Source: Styela clava (taxonomy: Eukaryota). From it: a DNA stretch of 64,000 nt. Under the pieces are notes generated by a model. It was not told the origin of the DNA and did no database searches. It worked only from the letters and a program-made list of their open reading frames with translations. The position numbers were made by a program, and so were the translations under genes. Numbering within the stretch: the stretch's first letter is position 1; the number at the start of each line of letters is the position of its first letter. The stretch is from the NCBI RefSeq assembly GCF_964204865.1, contig NC_135262.1, forward strand, positions 12,152,001-12,216,000, in the 5' to 3' direction. Of this stretch, positions 12,481-25,771 are shown in pieces.

Positions 12481-15400
12481 AGCAGGGAGATTCCAAGGGT
12501 TTGTTTAAATTGCTGTATTTATCAGAAAATGCGCTGAGGTTATTGGTTGACCTAGTTCTAAGTTCTATATTATTTGCCACATGCCACCAATTATAACAGT
12601 TTTAGATAAATAAACAAAGTATCTTGTTTCATTGGGGAGAAGTTAGCGCATCATGGCTCCAAAAATAAACCGAATACACATAGGATTTACTTTCTATTTA
12701 CCATTATATCCGACTTGTTATTTATAAGTAAATATTTGACTTGAATAAGTTATGAGCATTACAGGTCGCTTTTGGTTAAAATAATGTTTCTTCGTTTCTG
12801 ATAAAGAGTTGTTTTAATGATTTCAAGTTAGTTTATGATTTTTCAATCCATCATGCGTTCTCGATGTTCATCTTGAATTTCTATCTGGCTGCATGCTTAA
12901 AAAACATATGCATAACCCACATATGCTCAGATTTACATTACATTATAGTTTGTAACATCATATTATTAATTGTTAAATTCTACGAATTTCCTGCGGGTAA
13001 ATCGGTAAGTTTTCCTCGCCTTGAAGAAATTGTGATCAAAATATTAGGTTCATGCATAAGTAAATAGATGAAGTCATGAAAAGATTGTAATTCCGATAGT
13101 AGAGTGGGAACGCTGCTGTACTGAAGCGCGAATCGGAATACCGGAACATAATTAATTCAAATAAAAGTGTCTGTAAGTGTACGTAACAAAGATGCTAAAC
13201 GCCTTTTGAACAAAAAAACGAATTTATTAGCAATTTTTCGATTTCAAGTAAGTATCCTGACAATCACTTGTTGCCTATGAGGCTAATTTGCTTAAACTGG
13301 GCATGACCCGTTAATGATAAATTTGGAATTTTGATGTCTTTATTTGCAAGTTCAGGTTACACAAGCCTTTCATTGATCGGCTTATCTACTTGAGAATTAT
13401 ATTAGTATTAGTTAAAAATTTGAATTTCGTCGGAATGCTGAAAGCTATACAACAATGGACTTAATATAAACAAAAACAATCATTGAACATAAACAAAAAT
13501 TCCGATTGCCCAAAGCGACTAAAATCTAAGTGAAATTCTAACTAACCCATTATATAAACACTAGGGAATAAGTAAAGATAATTTTAGGCGAGGCAGAAAT
13601 GCATAAACAATTGTACATGCTTAACCATCCTATTTTGTTTACAGGAAACTACCTGAAATTATCGTGAGACTGTTTCTGTTGATAAACTATGAGAGGGAAT
13701 GTTTTTAGGCAAAATCGGAAAAATCGTATCGGTATTGAAGGTTATTTTAAATGTTATTCATACGTTTTAATTGTATTATATATCAATTAATTTATATATA
13801 TCAGGTCACTATACATATTTATGCATTCGACTACATTAGTTGGCTAGCTATTTGTGTACATCAAATTTTAAATATTTGAATCAAATTTTGTTAACCATTT
13901 TTTACTGTATTTCTCGTCCTGTACTTGTTTCGTACGTTTACATGTTTATCTATGTTAAATTGATGGAAAGTGCATTTGAGGGAAATGAAAAAAAAAATGA
14001 ATCTATTATAAAAAAAAAATTGTGCGACACTGATACAACAATATTAATTATTTTTGAGCTCTGCTTTTGTGTCTGGGAGCACCCATGTGTTTGTGTTATC
14101 CAAATCCCATAAATGGCAGATTGTACGTTATAACAAAAGTAAGCCTGAATCTATTAATCTAAACTCAATTATGGCCCGGCAGTTTCGTTTGTTTAATGTT
14201 TACTAAAGTTCTGATATTCAGAGTAAACAACGCAAGCTCCGGTGACGTCAGAACTACTGAAAATAAGTCAAACAATCTATTTTGAGAGGAACGTATCGTA
14301 CATCATACATTACATGCCGAACTGATTGTGTCGTGCACTGTTTATACGAGCAGGTGCTTAGGAGAATGTGGTCGATTTTAAAACTAAATATAGCGTTTTG
14401 ATTTTATCGTAATTAATGTTTGTAACTAATTTTATCTGCTTTTATAGAAATTATAGATACAACATCTACTAGAATTAATGCACGCTGTAATGGAATTTCA
14501 AAATTGATTATATTTTAAAGAAGTATTATGTCAATAGGAGTGTAATAAGAGATTACCCGATCTTTGCACAAATCCGTAACTACGCCTAAATAGTTGATAT
14601 ATTTATTGTCATGTGGTAATACCGTATCGAGTACCGTCTTTTTCTCCAAAACGCTTTCCCAACGTTGGAATAATATCTCAGTGCTTACAGGCACATACAG
14701 GGAAAATTAATCCTGTAATCTTTCGGGAATCCGAACTACTCGGCTTTTACTAAACACAGTCGCTCTTGGGTATCAGTGACATTACTATCAGTACGATTAC
14801 TATATTCAATATATTGACAAAAACGTTTTGGCTGTGACTAGAGAAATAGGAGAATTATCATTATCCGGAATCACACATTCGTCACTCATAGTTTCACCAA
14901 ACTTTTTCTATTCGACATTTACATTCTTTCTTGATTTATCTGCAACCCAGGTTGGATGTACTGCTTTTCATCAATATTCGCGAAAAACGTTAAACGGGAA
15001 CATCGAATTTCCTCTATATTATTCTCCTGCCCAAGCCAACCGCGATACCACGTTTCTAAACAGAAGAAAATCCTCCTTATTCAAAACGGAAGTTTCATGT
15101 GTTGAAGATGTAGGAGAATGACTATTTTACTCCCAAAGAAAATTCCAAAGATTTAAGATTACAAACCCACAAATCACGTACTGAAACAAAAGGGGAAGCC
15201 AAAAACTTCCCTGTCTGTATAAAAATAGTGAATTCAAATTAGTAAATTACTAATTAGAAGTAAAAGAAATTTACGTTAGAACGCACTGTTTCAATTTTAA
15301 ATAGAAAGAAGTGCCATATCAACTCCTTTTTGTTTTTTGGAATTTTCTCTTTCTCAGATGTTGAACTTGGTATAGATAGACATTTTCATTGATGTAAATC

Positions 15401-18400
15401 GATATTTGATAAAGTAGCCTCAATTGCAACTGAAGTCCACCTTATTATAGAATACATGTTTGCATCATTTGCAGTGGTTGACGCATAGAAATTGTTTGCT
15501 TATGGCATCCGAACAGGTTGATTATGAGAACTACCAGCGAAAGATCTTCAACACCCCTAAGTAATTAATATTCCCCTGTAATTTTTCGTGCTCTGAGTCA
15601 TGTTTAAAAACTGACCGTTCACATTTTTGAATGACCAATTGCATGATGTCCCCCCTTGTGTCAACATTTTTTGTCAATCATATTCGAACAGAAAAACAAA
15701 ATTTTCAGTCAAACGAGTCTGTTTTGAATATTTATAACATATTTGAAATATTTTCTCGAATGATTACGTACAATATAGTGAAAGCGAATATTTTGAGTTA
15801 ATATCGTATGTGAGAACTCACGTTTCTATTCCAAAACCTTTGTTTATGACGTCAGTAGTAACATAATCAAAACAATTAGTTTCCGTTTGTAAAAATATTT
15901 TACCTTCGAATCTGATTTACAATATTTGGAATTTTTCTTTCAAAATCTGGCTTAAAATCCAAATAGTTTTATGAATATATATATTTTGTACTCGTTCTTT
16001 ATTTGGACACATCTGTTCCACATGTTGTAAAAATCAGTAGAGTATATATATATATATAATAATATATTTTACAGCAACTATAAGCATTATGTATGGAGGT
16101 TTCATGCTTTTGCTTCGCTACGAAATCACTTAGTTATACCTGGGATGAGCCTGGGCTCGATCTTTCCAGTCACGAGTGAGTAAATGAATAGGCTAAATCA
16201 ATTGGCAGATATAGAGGTCGCGACAGCATTGGTCGACTTCATCGCAAATATACAGAAATCTGGCAAGGAAAAATGATTAAATATAATATTAATCATCAAA
16301 GTAATTATAATCCTTTTTATTAAAGAATGATTTAAAACGAATATTCAAAATTTTGTTTTTGCCAAGTAACGATCCTGATTAATCTACGACCCTGATGAAA
16401 CTCCAATTCGTCATTAATTTCAGTTCTGGGGTTGATGTCATACAAACTGATAAATTGCACGAATACTGTCGATGTTGACGACACTTTTGAAGCTTGAAAA
16501 ATACAAATCTCCCCACTTTAAAAAGCATTGGTCATATCGGGTGTGGATTTAACGAAAATTACGGAATTAATAAAAAAGAAATCGATAGCCTAAATTGATT
16601 GACGTCATATGTCATACAATAATCACAAAAGGATTTCAAAGATATTCTTTATAATATACTCAAACATCTCAAATGGGCACGCTTTGACTCAGTTGTTTAC
16701 CAAGACTGAGTATTCAACGATTGGAACCAATGACGCAAGCTTCGATTCAAGTATTGCAAAATTTACAAGAAATTGGATATTTTGAAAATAAATCCCCAGC
16801 AAAATTTATCGGGAAATTTTTACGCGATTCACATTGTTTCATCCATGATGAGGATACCAAGGAGTTATGTCCACGCTCTGGAAATGATCAGTGTGACCAC
16901 CATAACGACCGATTTGTGGAAAGCAGAGCGTCTTTTAAAATGCAAATTCGCTATTTTTTTTATTAGCTCATACTTTCTCAAAATAATGCACCATAATACT
17001 AGAATTTTCCAGTGCAATATGGTTACCAAAATATAAACATGAACTGACTTTAAGTGGTCATAAAAGCATTGTGAATAAAATGCTGATTTCTGTCGTGTGG
17101 TAACCGACAAAAAAATAAATATAAAATATTTACGATAAATGAAAGCTCCAAGTTGTGAATGTCATTTTTGCGTACATTGCTCTTTTGCCTATAAATATTT
17201 GGATATTTTTACAAGAGCGATAATTTTCAAAAATGAAATGTCTCAAGTAATTAGAAAGAACCGATTTTTTGCTTTTGGAACAATGCAGCAATCTGGCTGA
17301 CTGACCAAATATTACGCGGAACGTCTCTAATCGTGATATTTCGGGACTACCTGTCAATTCAGACAGCATGTCTACACTTTTGTTTATTCACCGATGGGTC
17401 ATTGATGCTGTGCGGTTTTATGACAATTTCTGACTTGTTGAAAAACGAATCACGTGTGTCGATTTGGTAAATATACGTCAGTGACTTTGAATCATGAATG
17501 GCTTATAACTTAAAAACAAAGAACTACTTCAAGTGATTGTCACAAAAAGACACAATTCACTGGAGATAAATGCGTCATGATCTCAATTTGAAGCAACAAC
17601 AGCGTGTCAGAGAGTTCAGGCCATCACCCCGTTGGTGTATCATCGATACATGCTAGGGATTGACACGTTCCTGAAAGAACAAACGAGCATTGTCATATTA
17701 CTGATCCATCATAGATTACTATGTGATTTAATGCAAATTGCATATTTTGTAGATAAACTGGGTGAATGAATATTAAAATAATCATTTGACGTGTTTTGAA
17801 TGAAAATATTGTAATTCGTGAACCCGGCATTGCCTTAGTTCCTGTATATTTAAAAATATATATATATATATAAATGATTGTAAATCAGATTGGGATTTTG
17901 AATTCTTGTTCAACTTCCATTTTTAAATATAAACGGCCTAATTTTGCTTCCGGAAAATTATCCCCAGTCTATGCACTTGAGAGTCCTTGAACATTCAAGC
18001 AGCCACTTAGAAAATACACCATTCGAAAGTAATTACGCGCAATTATGCAAATACAAAAGAGATGTTTGTAATTGAGCTTGAAATGAACAGACAGAAATCC
18101 CGATCTATAGTTAATTGCATCACATTTCTTTCTTTGAATTACGCGTCTACGATTCTCACTTATCATAGTTATAAGCAAGGCCAAACCATTCTATGATACT
18201 GTAAAACGAATAATAAATGTAAATAAAGATAGTCATTTGATTTGCTTTCGAATTTTGAACCTACTTTATAGAGTTTCAAATTTAATAATTCTGGTTCGCC
18301 TTCAATTTTTTGTTGGGATTTTAAGTTTGGGCCGGGCTATTGTTATTAAAATTATTAAGCAAGATTACAAATACTGCTGTAGTGTTCAGATATAAACTAT

Positions 18401-19552
18401 TTTGGAGATATATTATCCAGATTTCATTTTTATTGCTATAAGCTTAATTTTCGTGGGCACATATAGCTGCTTTGCAATTTTTGTAGTATATTCGTTATAA
18501 GGATAAAGTATTAAAAGTTGGATTTTATATTTTCAAAAACACAGTGTTGCCAAACAAACATCAAATCATCACACAAAGGTAGCGCGGAACAGTTTCCACC
18601 TGGAGGCGCTCTTCAAAACACACTGATTCAGAATTCAGTGAAGTCATTTGGAATATCAGTTAGATGTGGAAAATCCAATCATAAAGATTCAAAATATTTT
18701 TTTCTTTATATCATCTACTACATGAGCGATGTAATGTGGAATAATATATTTAAACAACGGTGTACATCATGTTCAAGTTTACAATTGAACTTTCGCTGAT
18801 AAAACATGCAGGAAGTTTAAAATTTTCTTCTGTTGGTTATGATCGCACTGTAAACATAGCCACATGCTTTATTTTATTTCAGATAATTTAAACATTGTAC
18901 AGCCAAAATAGATTGTAAACGTAAACCATGTTTCTGTACTGAAACAACAAGACGGAAATTCCTATCTTTTTTAAAAATCTATGACAACTATAATGAAAGT
19001 ATGAACAATTTTAGTATCACGTGATACGTTTCTAAACATTAATTTCTCTCGAAATTTTATTGAATAACTTTATAACAATTTGGACAAATCATCCCGTTTA
19101 TGAAAGTTGGAAGGGAAGTCACATCTCGATAAAAATAGAATTCATTGCTGTTTCATACCCTGGCAACGAGTATAACGCAATCTACCATATTATTACCGAT
19201 ATAAAGTTTTATAGGATTTGACTTTCAGACCCGCCTTATTTAAATATTTTAGTGAGATCATTTTCGGTAAAATACAATACAACTAAGCCAAACCAGAATT
19301 ACTATTTGTCTAGCTATTGCGATATATACATCACTTACTTAAACTAACGATTCTATTTTTAGCACGGCATTGACTTAAATGATTTTAAAATTATTTAAAA
19401 GTTTAACAGTATCGCTCATTTCAGTAGACGTTTCATTAAAAATATATTTACGAATCTTGTCTACGACACTCTCCAAACACGCAACATCGTGGTCTGAATC
19501 ACGCCTCATAGAATGTATGTTTTCTCTCGTTTTCAATCGCTGTACAGTTTAG

Positions 19553-19559
19553 TATAAAA
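19553..19559 (+). promoter_or_regulatory. TATA box of precursor B
   Basis: TATAAAA ~90 bp upstream of the ATG at 19644. Confidence 0.6.
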
Positions 19560-19643
19560 GCCTAACTCGTTCGTCTTACAGTCAGATTTATGAGAAACTA
19601 CAGCGCTAATAGCAAGTCTGAAATAAGTATACGTGATATCAAG

Positions 19644-20775
19644 ATGGCCCAGTATTCTTCAACACCGCGCAGTCACATTCTTCTGCTTTGCCTACTTTTA
19701 CTTGCCTTGGCTATATCTACCTCAAACTCAGCACCGTCGTACAGGCCACACTTCAATCAAATGAACATTATACAGAAAATAAAATTTTTGGAACGAAAAT
19801 TATCATTGTTGCGAAATCGTAAAACGAAATGTCACAAACAAGTTCCAGATGCGCCAAAATCCGAGACTCCAGATCAAAATAACAACGAGAATACAGATTG
19901 GTCGCAAAGAATAAGGTATTTCATGTTTTATAATGTCTAATACTTTAATACACTGTATTATGAGTTGCTGTGTCTGGTACTGTAAACAATAGATTGTCGT
20001 TTATTTTTTTACTATATGAATATTCACTTTGCATGACAATCAGTAAATATTTGTCAAAACGTCATCCTGTACAAACAAAATTAATGATGAACCAGTGTTA
20101 AGCTAGCCAAAATATGATCGTAATGATTTATCTAACTATGTAGTAATAGTATGTTTGTCTTTATAAGTCAGAAAATTTTACAGTTCTATCTCAGTCTGTG
20201 AATGCACAACGTTACATTTTCCAGTTTATATCTTACTGCATATTTAAATTGTTACTGCGACCTACTTGATCGTACAAATTCAATTTTATATTGGTCGATG
20301 ACAATATATTTTTTAATTTTAGACAAACTTATGAAAGAGTTACGTCTTCGTGTGGGCTAATAATGCAATCAAGATGTAAAACAATGACAAGTCGATGCCA
20401 CGTTTCAATGCTTTCAAAACGTAGTATTCCAGAAGACGAAAACGGTGACGTCGTAGAAAGAGGTATGTTTGAAATCTATGTAGTCATAATATGACCATTA
20501 TGAATGGAATGTAAGAAAAGCGCTATTCTTATCGATAGTCCTACATTCATCGAAACTTGATCATTTCGAAACGCGGTGATTAACATTGCCATGATCCTTG
20601 GCATACGTCGTATTAATGTAAATAAAAATAGAGACTGTGCAGTGATTATTTAAAATATATTAATTTGAATATGTATTTTTCAGTAAAGAGAAGCTCATAC
20701 TCAGTGTCTCGACGAAATCGCGGGAAGAAAATTAAAGTTACTTGCAACATGTGCAGAATCAATTGCTGGAGTTGA
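19644..20775 (+). CDS. Secreted Cys-rich prohormone-like precursor B (167 aa, 3 exons), paralog of precursor A
   Basis: Exons 19644-19915, 20323-20462, 20684-20775, GT-AG, phases 2, 1 as in A. Product: MAQYSSTPRSHILLLCLLLLALAISTSNS-APSYRPHFNQMNIIQKIKFLERKLSLLRNRKTKCHKQVPDAPKSETPDQNNNENTDWSQRIR-QTYERVTSSCGLIMQSRCKTMTSRCHVSMLSKR-SIPEDENGDVVERVKR-SSYSVSRRNRGKKIKVTCNMCRINCWS. An in-frame upstream ATG exists at 19590; AATAAA at 21280. Confidence 0.9.
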
Positions 20776-21545
20776 AAAGTCTCATTAAGGACAAGTCGAA
20801 AAATAACTTCATCGACTGTACAATTAAAACAACTGGCCTGAGGCTAATAATCCTTCAAACAAAACAAGAAATTATAAGAGCAAAGTTGCATAAGAGGAGA
20901 GTTACACGTACAATGATGCTACAGGCACTAAAATGGAATGTGCACAGTTACCTCGAATTTGTCATTAAGGACTAACTAATCACTGTACATTGTGGAAACG
21001 AAAATTGCCGTTCTTCAAAGTGGATCCTGCCGTAAAATCCTAATATAAAATTTCTCGTATACTTCATGAATATCGCGATAATTTTTATAGCCTACTTTGA
21101 GAGGCCTATGTGATATGAACAATTATGAATGCGATTTGATAGATTTTGACATTGAAAATATTTTTTAATCATTATTTGTAAACTTTCCTACGAACGTATT
21201 TTTTTATTCAATCATCCTACCTTTTTGCAACTCATATATTTCGTTTATATATTGTGAATTAATTTATATTTACATATTTAATAAATTTATAATTTATATA
21301 TAACATTATTCAATTATTTTTACATGAGTTTTACATACACGCTATATTCAGTTCATCACGCGGTTGGTCAGACCGTCACGAACGCAACGTTGTAAACGGG
21401 TCAGGAATCGAATGCCACTCGCTTGCAATTTGAATATAATGAGTTCATCAAACTATATAATTAGTATCAGAATAAGTATATATGTATTGATGTCAAACAT
21501 TCTGAGAAAATGATGCGATCATGCGACATCGTTTACTGAGTTTTT

Positions 21546-21656
21546 GGTGCTCCAGAAGGATGCGCACCAAGATGCCGCACAACCCGAATCCCAACCGGTA
21601 CACACATACTATGTTCAGGTTGTGCGCCATCTTGGTGCGCTTACTTCTGGAGGTCC
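21546..21656. mobile_element. ~110-bp hairpin MITE
   Basis: Long inverted arms (CTCCAGAAG..GCGCACCAAGATG / CATCTTGGTGCGC..CTTCTGGAG); flanking direct repeat GAGTTTTT; related copy at 28119-28229. Confidence 0.75.
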
Positions 21657-21747
21657 GAGTTTTTATTATACGGCAAAATATGAAACGTGAAGTGCGATTG
21701 ACACTCTTCTGCCGTTGTTGGATCACTTATAATGATTTCACTTTAAA

Positions 21748-22784
21748 CACAATATCGTCACGTTAATAACCGAATTGCGTAAGTCATTTTTAGCAGTTTT
21801 GAGAAAAACGTGAAAAACTCTCTAATGATATTGTTATGCCATTGAAAGTCAATAATTTGCCATGGTTCAATTTTTTGATCGTAGCCGGATTCAAGTTAAT
21901 TTGTATGACGCAGTTTAGGGACGTCATAATGGCGCACTGTGACTTAGGCACAAATGTGTCTCTGACTTGGGGACATACGCAATTTTGCAACTTTACTATA
22001 TGCACCAGTCCTGAAAACTGAACATTCCAAAAACGAATGTAATTCTCAGTATCTACAATGTCCAATCCCCAAAATAGCTAATCAGTTCCAATTACAATAT
22101 TTTTTGATGTTTAAAAATATAATTTCATCAATATAACACGTTCTGCACACCCACCGAAATAAGATTAAGAATAAATATAAAGAATAAAACAGCAATGCAT
22201 CCAATATAAAAGCCAACCAAGGTGAATTGGACTCGGGCAGTGAATATCACAAGTGCACGTCTTCCTATACTGTAGTATAAATTCAAACTGGTTCCATTAC
22301 ATTTGAACCCACGTACATTTGAACCCACGACAATTGCACCTGCATGCCATTGCACCTATGGAATTTTTTTTGGTTTTACGGATATTTGTACCCATACTAA
22401 CTTAACCCATGGGTTTTAGCACCTGGATATTGATTGAACCCGCGGATATACACATGGGTTCAAATGTACGGTCACCATTCAAACTATACGCGCTAAGCTA
22501 GAATCCGAGATGCAAAACTCGAAAATACTTCGCCGAGGTCATTTTACCTTTGTGACGTCACAACAGTCCTGCGGTAACACTGATAATTCATTATGACGAA
22601 ACAATTGCAAAAATGTGCATGTCATACTAAATCTCCATTTTTATGGGTTTCGGAATTCTTAAAATAAAATCTGACTTAACAGACAGGTGCGCAGCATTAC
22701 ATAACTACCTATTTTATAAAAAAAAGAACTCAAAATCGCCAAAAATGACTTACGCAATTCGGTTATTAGCGTGACGATATTATG
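21748..22784. mobile_element. Non-autonomous TIR element with ~45-bp TIRs, superfamily unassigned
   Basis: CACAATATCGTCACGTTAATAACCGAATTGCGTAAGTCATTTTT at the left and its near-perfect reverse complement at 22741-22784. Confidence 0.75.
22290..22476. mobile_element. MULE-type MITE nested in the element above
   Basis: 9-bp TSD ATTCAAACT (22281-22289, 22477-22485); TIR core TACATTTGAACCC / GGGTTCAAATGTA. Confidence 0.8.
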
Positions 22785-23369
22785 TTTTGTTCAATGCAGA
22801 TAATAAAAAAGTTGAGGTTATTTTGGGACCGTTGGATGTCGAATATTCATGGAAAACCTCATGGTTTTTGCTACTCTGGTTCCAAGTGTTCAAAATACCG
22901 TTCTGGTAATATTTTTATGCAATCGCCGGGCCTATGAAAATTGGGGCCTCTTACGCACCCACTTAATCTACCTAACATATTTTGAACCAATACCTGGTTC
23001 CTCTAACGAAAATGTCACAATGGATCCAGGTGCGAATGATTTCGCTTCAGTTTATTTAATTTTGCGAAATGAGGCCGGGTAAACTCCTGGAGAATGATTG
23101 TCATGGAGAACAGTATAAATATTTTGAGCATTGCTTTTGTGATTCGAAGCAAAAATTACTAGCCGACGGGATTCGATGCGAAAATTATGTTTCCAATAAC
23201 GGGTACATCATCAGGCAGATCATTCTCACCATCGACAATCAGAAGGCTAGTAGAGTTACGGCTCAGATATAATATTCTGAAACCGGAGAGCGTACACCAG
23301 TCTCACGAAGGGTCAGGATTATAGGTCAAAACGAGGGTTTGCTGTGTGCATATTTTGATAAGATGGGTG

Positions 23370-24296
23370 TTAAAACCCTTCTACAGCCGGAACGCCCATA
23401 TGGGTGTACTTTTCTATAGTTTCTAAATTTCGGTACTTATAGGGTGAATATCGCTCTTAGCTGTTTATCGACGTAATGCCCTGATATGAGAGAAGCGATA
23501 AAACCTTCCAGCCGTGACGCAAAGTGCGAATCGTATAAATAGCCTGGATTTCAAAATCACCTGTCAGACGTCTAAAAAATGTGACTCCCTTCAGACAGGA
23601 AATACTCCTTTATAACGACTTATTATTGTTTTAGCATGTATTTTCAGTCATACTAACTATCCCTGACCATCCCTGGCGCTGTGTTGTTTTGATAAATATG
23701 ATTTCGAATGCTCCATAGTTGGCAGAGGTATGGAGATTTTTTGTATGTAAAAAAAACGTAAAATTAATGGTAATTTTAACGCGTAAATGCGCGTATGAGA
23801 TTGTTTACGCCGTTCTAGGCGCATTTCCGTCGAAAAAATTTAATTTTTTTGCATTGGGGGTGGTCTGTGCAGTAATAATAAGAGCTGTGACGTCATCAGT
23901 ATCGGTAATTTGACCTTGAACTTGACAATACTGTAAATACAATTGTGAATTTCAGAGTAATAACCATTTATGCTATAATAGTCGTTTTGGTATTGTTATG
24001 TTAGGAAAAACTTGACGAAAACGTTGAAGAAAAAATTAATTAATTAGGAATTAATTATTAACCCTCTACTGTACAGAGAATATCTCAAAGTCCAATTTTT
24101 TTTTTAGAAATTTTTGAAATTTTTTTGCAAAAATTTTTTTCGAGTGGTGTGTTTTAAAGATATATTGCTGAATAGAACTCTAGAAGACGCTTTTAAAAAC
24201 CCATGAGTGAAGTTTTAGGGCTTAATGGTTGACATAAAAAAATAAGTTTAAAAATACCCATGAAATGGGCAGGGCTTGAGGCTTAAAAAGAGTTAA
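23370..24296. mobile_element. Possible degenerate piggyBac-like non-autonomous element
   Basis: TTAA..CCCTT left end and AAGAGTTAA right end; the TIR match is poor. Confidence 0.3.
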
Positions 24297-24479
24297 AGGT
24301 ACTCACAAAGTGAGTAAAAAAACGAAACCAATGAAGTTACAACATACTTCCATGAAATATAATATATTTGATTTTATTTGCACTTGTTTAAACACTTTGT
24401 TTGCATCTTCTGTTTGTGTATGATTGTACCCAAAAGTTTCAGAAAAATGAGACGCTTTGTGAAAAGTTATTTTCTCTCT

Positions 24480-25760
24480 AAAATATGTTCCAAATGACCT
24501 TCTTGGCGTTGGAGGCAGACTTTCATCCGTTGCGCAAACTTGTCAATCACTCACCTAGTTTGCTGCTGCAGCGTACTTTCTGCTGTCAAGACACGTTGAC
24601 AGCAAAAATAATGTTAACTGGGACACAGCACCTCCGAAGGAAGTCTTATAGAGACCGCTACAATCCGTAAATTGCACGGCATTAGAAACCATTACCAAGC
24701 ATGGTTTAATCAATCCAGTCCATATTGGATTGAACACAAAAATGAAGGAGCTCAATGGCGAATATCGTACATAATGTGATTGGGCAAATAGAGGGGTGAA
24801 GTGATTGACAATTTTGCACAACAGATGCAATTCTGTCTCCAACGTCGATAAGGCAATTTGGATCATATTGTACAGAGAATATGACCCTTGTACAATGCGT
24901 CCAAGATTCCTGAAACTTTTGAGTACAATCATACACCAACAAAAGTTCAAGTGTAAAAGAAGATTAAATAACATTAGGCTTATCATACGTCCCGCTTTAG
25001 GCGGGACAGTACCGTCCCGACAAGTCAGCCAAAAGTCCCGCTTTTGCGTTCAGCCATCCAGCATAATACACGAACATGTTCTCGTTACTGTTGTTGCTGT
25101 GTAGCGCAACGCTAGCCTACTTACTAAAGGTGAATGCGTTATTTTGTTTGTTTCGTTGTTTCCCGCTAACATTGCTAGCGAACGTATCACATGTGAAATC
25201 AATTCTAATTGGTCATGTTCGGACGTTCGCGTGAATGCAACATTGAACAACGTTTTTTTAAAGGTGTTATCTACAGAAGAGTATGCTTGGGCGAATAAGT
25301 AAATTTTCTATGGTTGAAAACGGCAGACTATTTCATTATTCTTTATTCCTTTTGCTGTACATAAAAAAATCTAAATTCGGATCATTTGTATCGTAAGCGT
25401 CTATTCCTTTATATTTTCCGGACTGAACCCGATATTTAGAGTTTTAGACATAGAATATGCGCATAAACTCTCGATGACAATATGATCAATGAAGACATCC
25501 GGGAGGGCTTAAATGTAGGCCTACGTAGTAAAATCGGAAACTGTTAGGTTACAGGAGGCGTCCCGCTTTAAAGTCAAAAAAATATGGTAACCCTAAATAA
25601 TATACTCCATTTACGGTACATTGAAGTGATTGGGAAATTTATGGGTTCCGTTTTTCTGGACTTACCCTGTGTAATACATAACATGAGCAATCTCACTTTG
25701 TGGCTTGGAATATTCCGACCCATTCTCTAAAATTAACACTTGTACTTCTCGTATACTAAT
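24480..25760 (-). pseudogene. Decayed non-LTR reverse transcriptase fragment, interrupted by a hAT MITE
   Basis: VRYSPLSSFIFVFNPIWTGL resembles the RT QGxPLSPxLF..FNPI motif, and upstream NFPITSMYRKW resembles the RPIT motif. The catalytic YADD is not intact. Confidence 0.4.
24975..25595. mobile_element. hAT (Blackjack-like) MITE
   Basis: TIRs TAGGCTTATCATA / TATGGTAACCCTA; 8-bp TSD AATAACAT / AATAATAT; GTCCCG subterminal repeats. Confidence 0.8.
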
Positions 25761-25771
25761 GAGGCGATTCC

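Noticed and set aside
16391-16415. CTGATGA hammerhead-like core
   Set aside because: No helix II followed by GAAA.
12864-18799. Short ORFs between the two precursor genes as a possible third paralog or receptor
   Set aside because: None shows a signal peptide, the CKTM or CxxCxxxCW motifs, or a coherent exon chain.
20323-20775. Assigning the precursors to insulin/relaxin, endothelin, guanylin or CNMamide families
   Set aside because: No CC motif and 3+3 rather than 2+4 Cys (insulin). Only a loose C-x7-C..CH resemblance in B, without CxC or the DIIW end (endothelin). The fourth Cys is missing (guanylin). CNM is not conserved in A and has no amidation Gly.
20742-20975. 77-aa ORF after precursor B
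   Set aside because: It starts at TTG, overlaps exon 3 in another frame, and lies in the 3' UTR.
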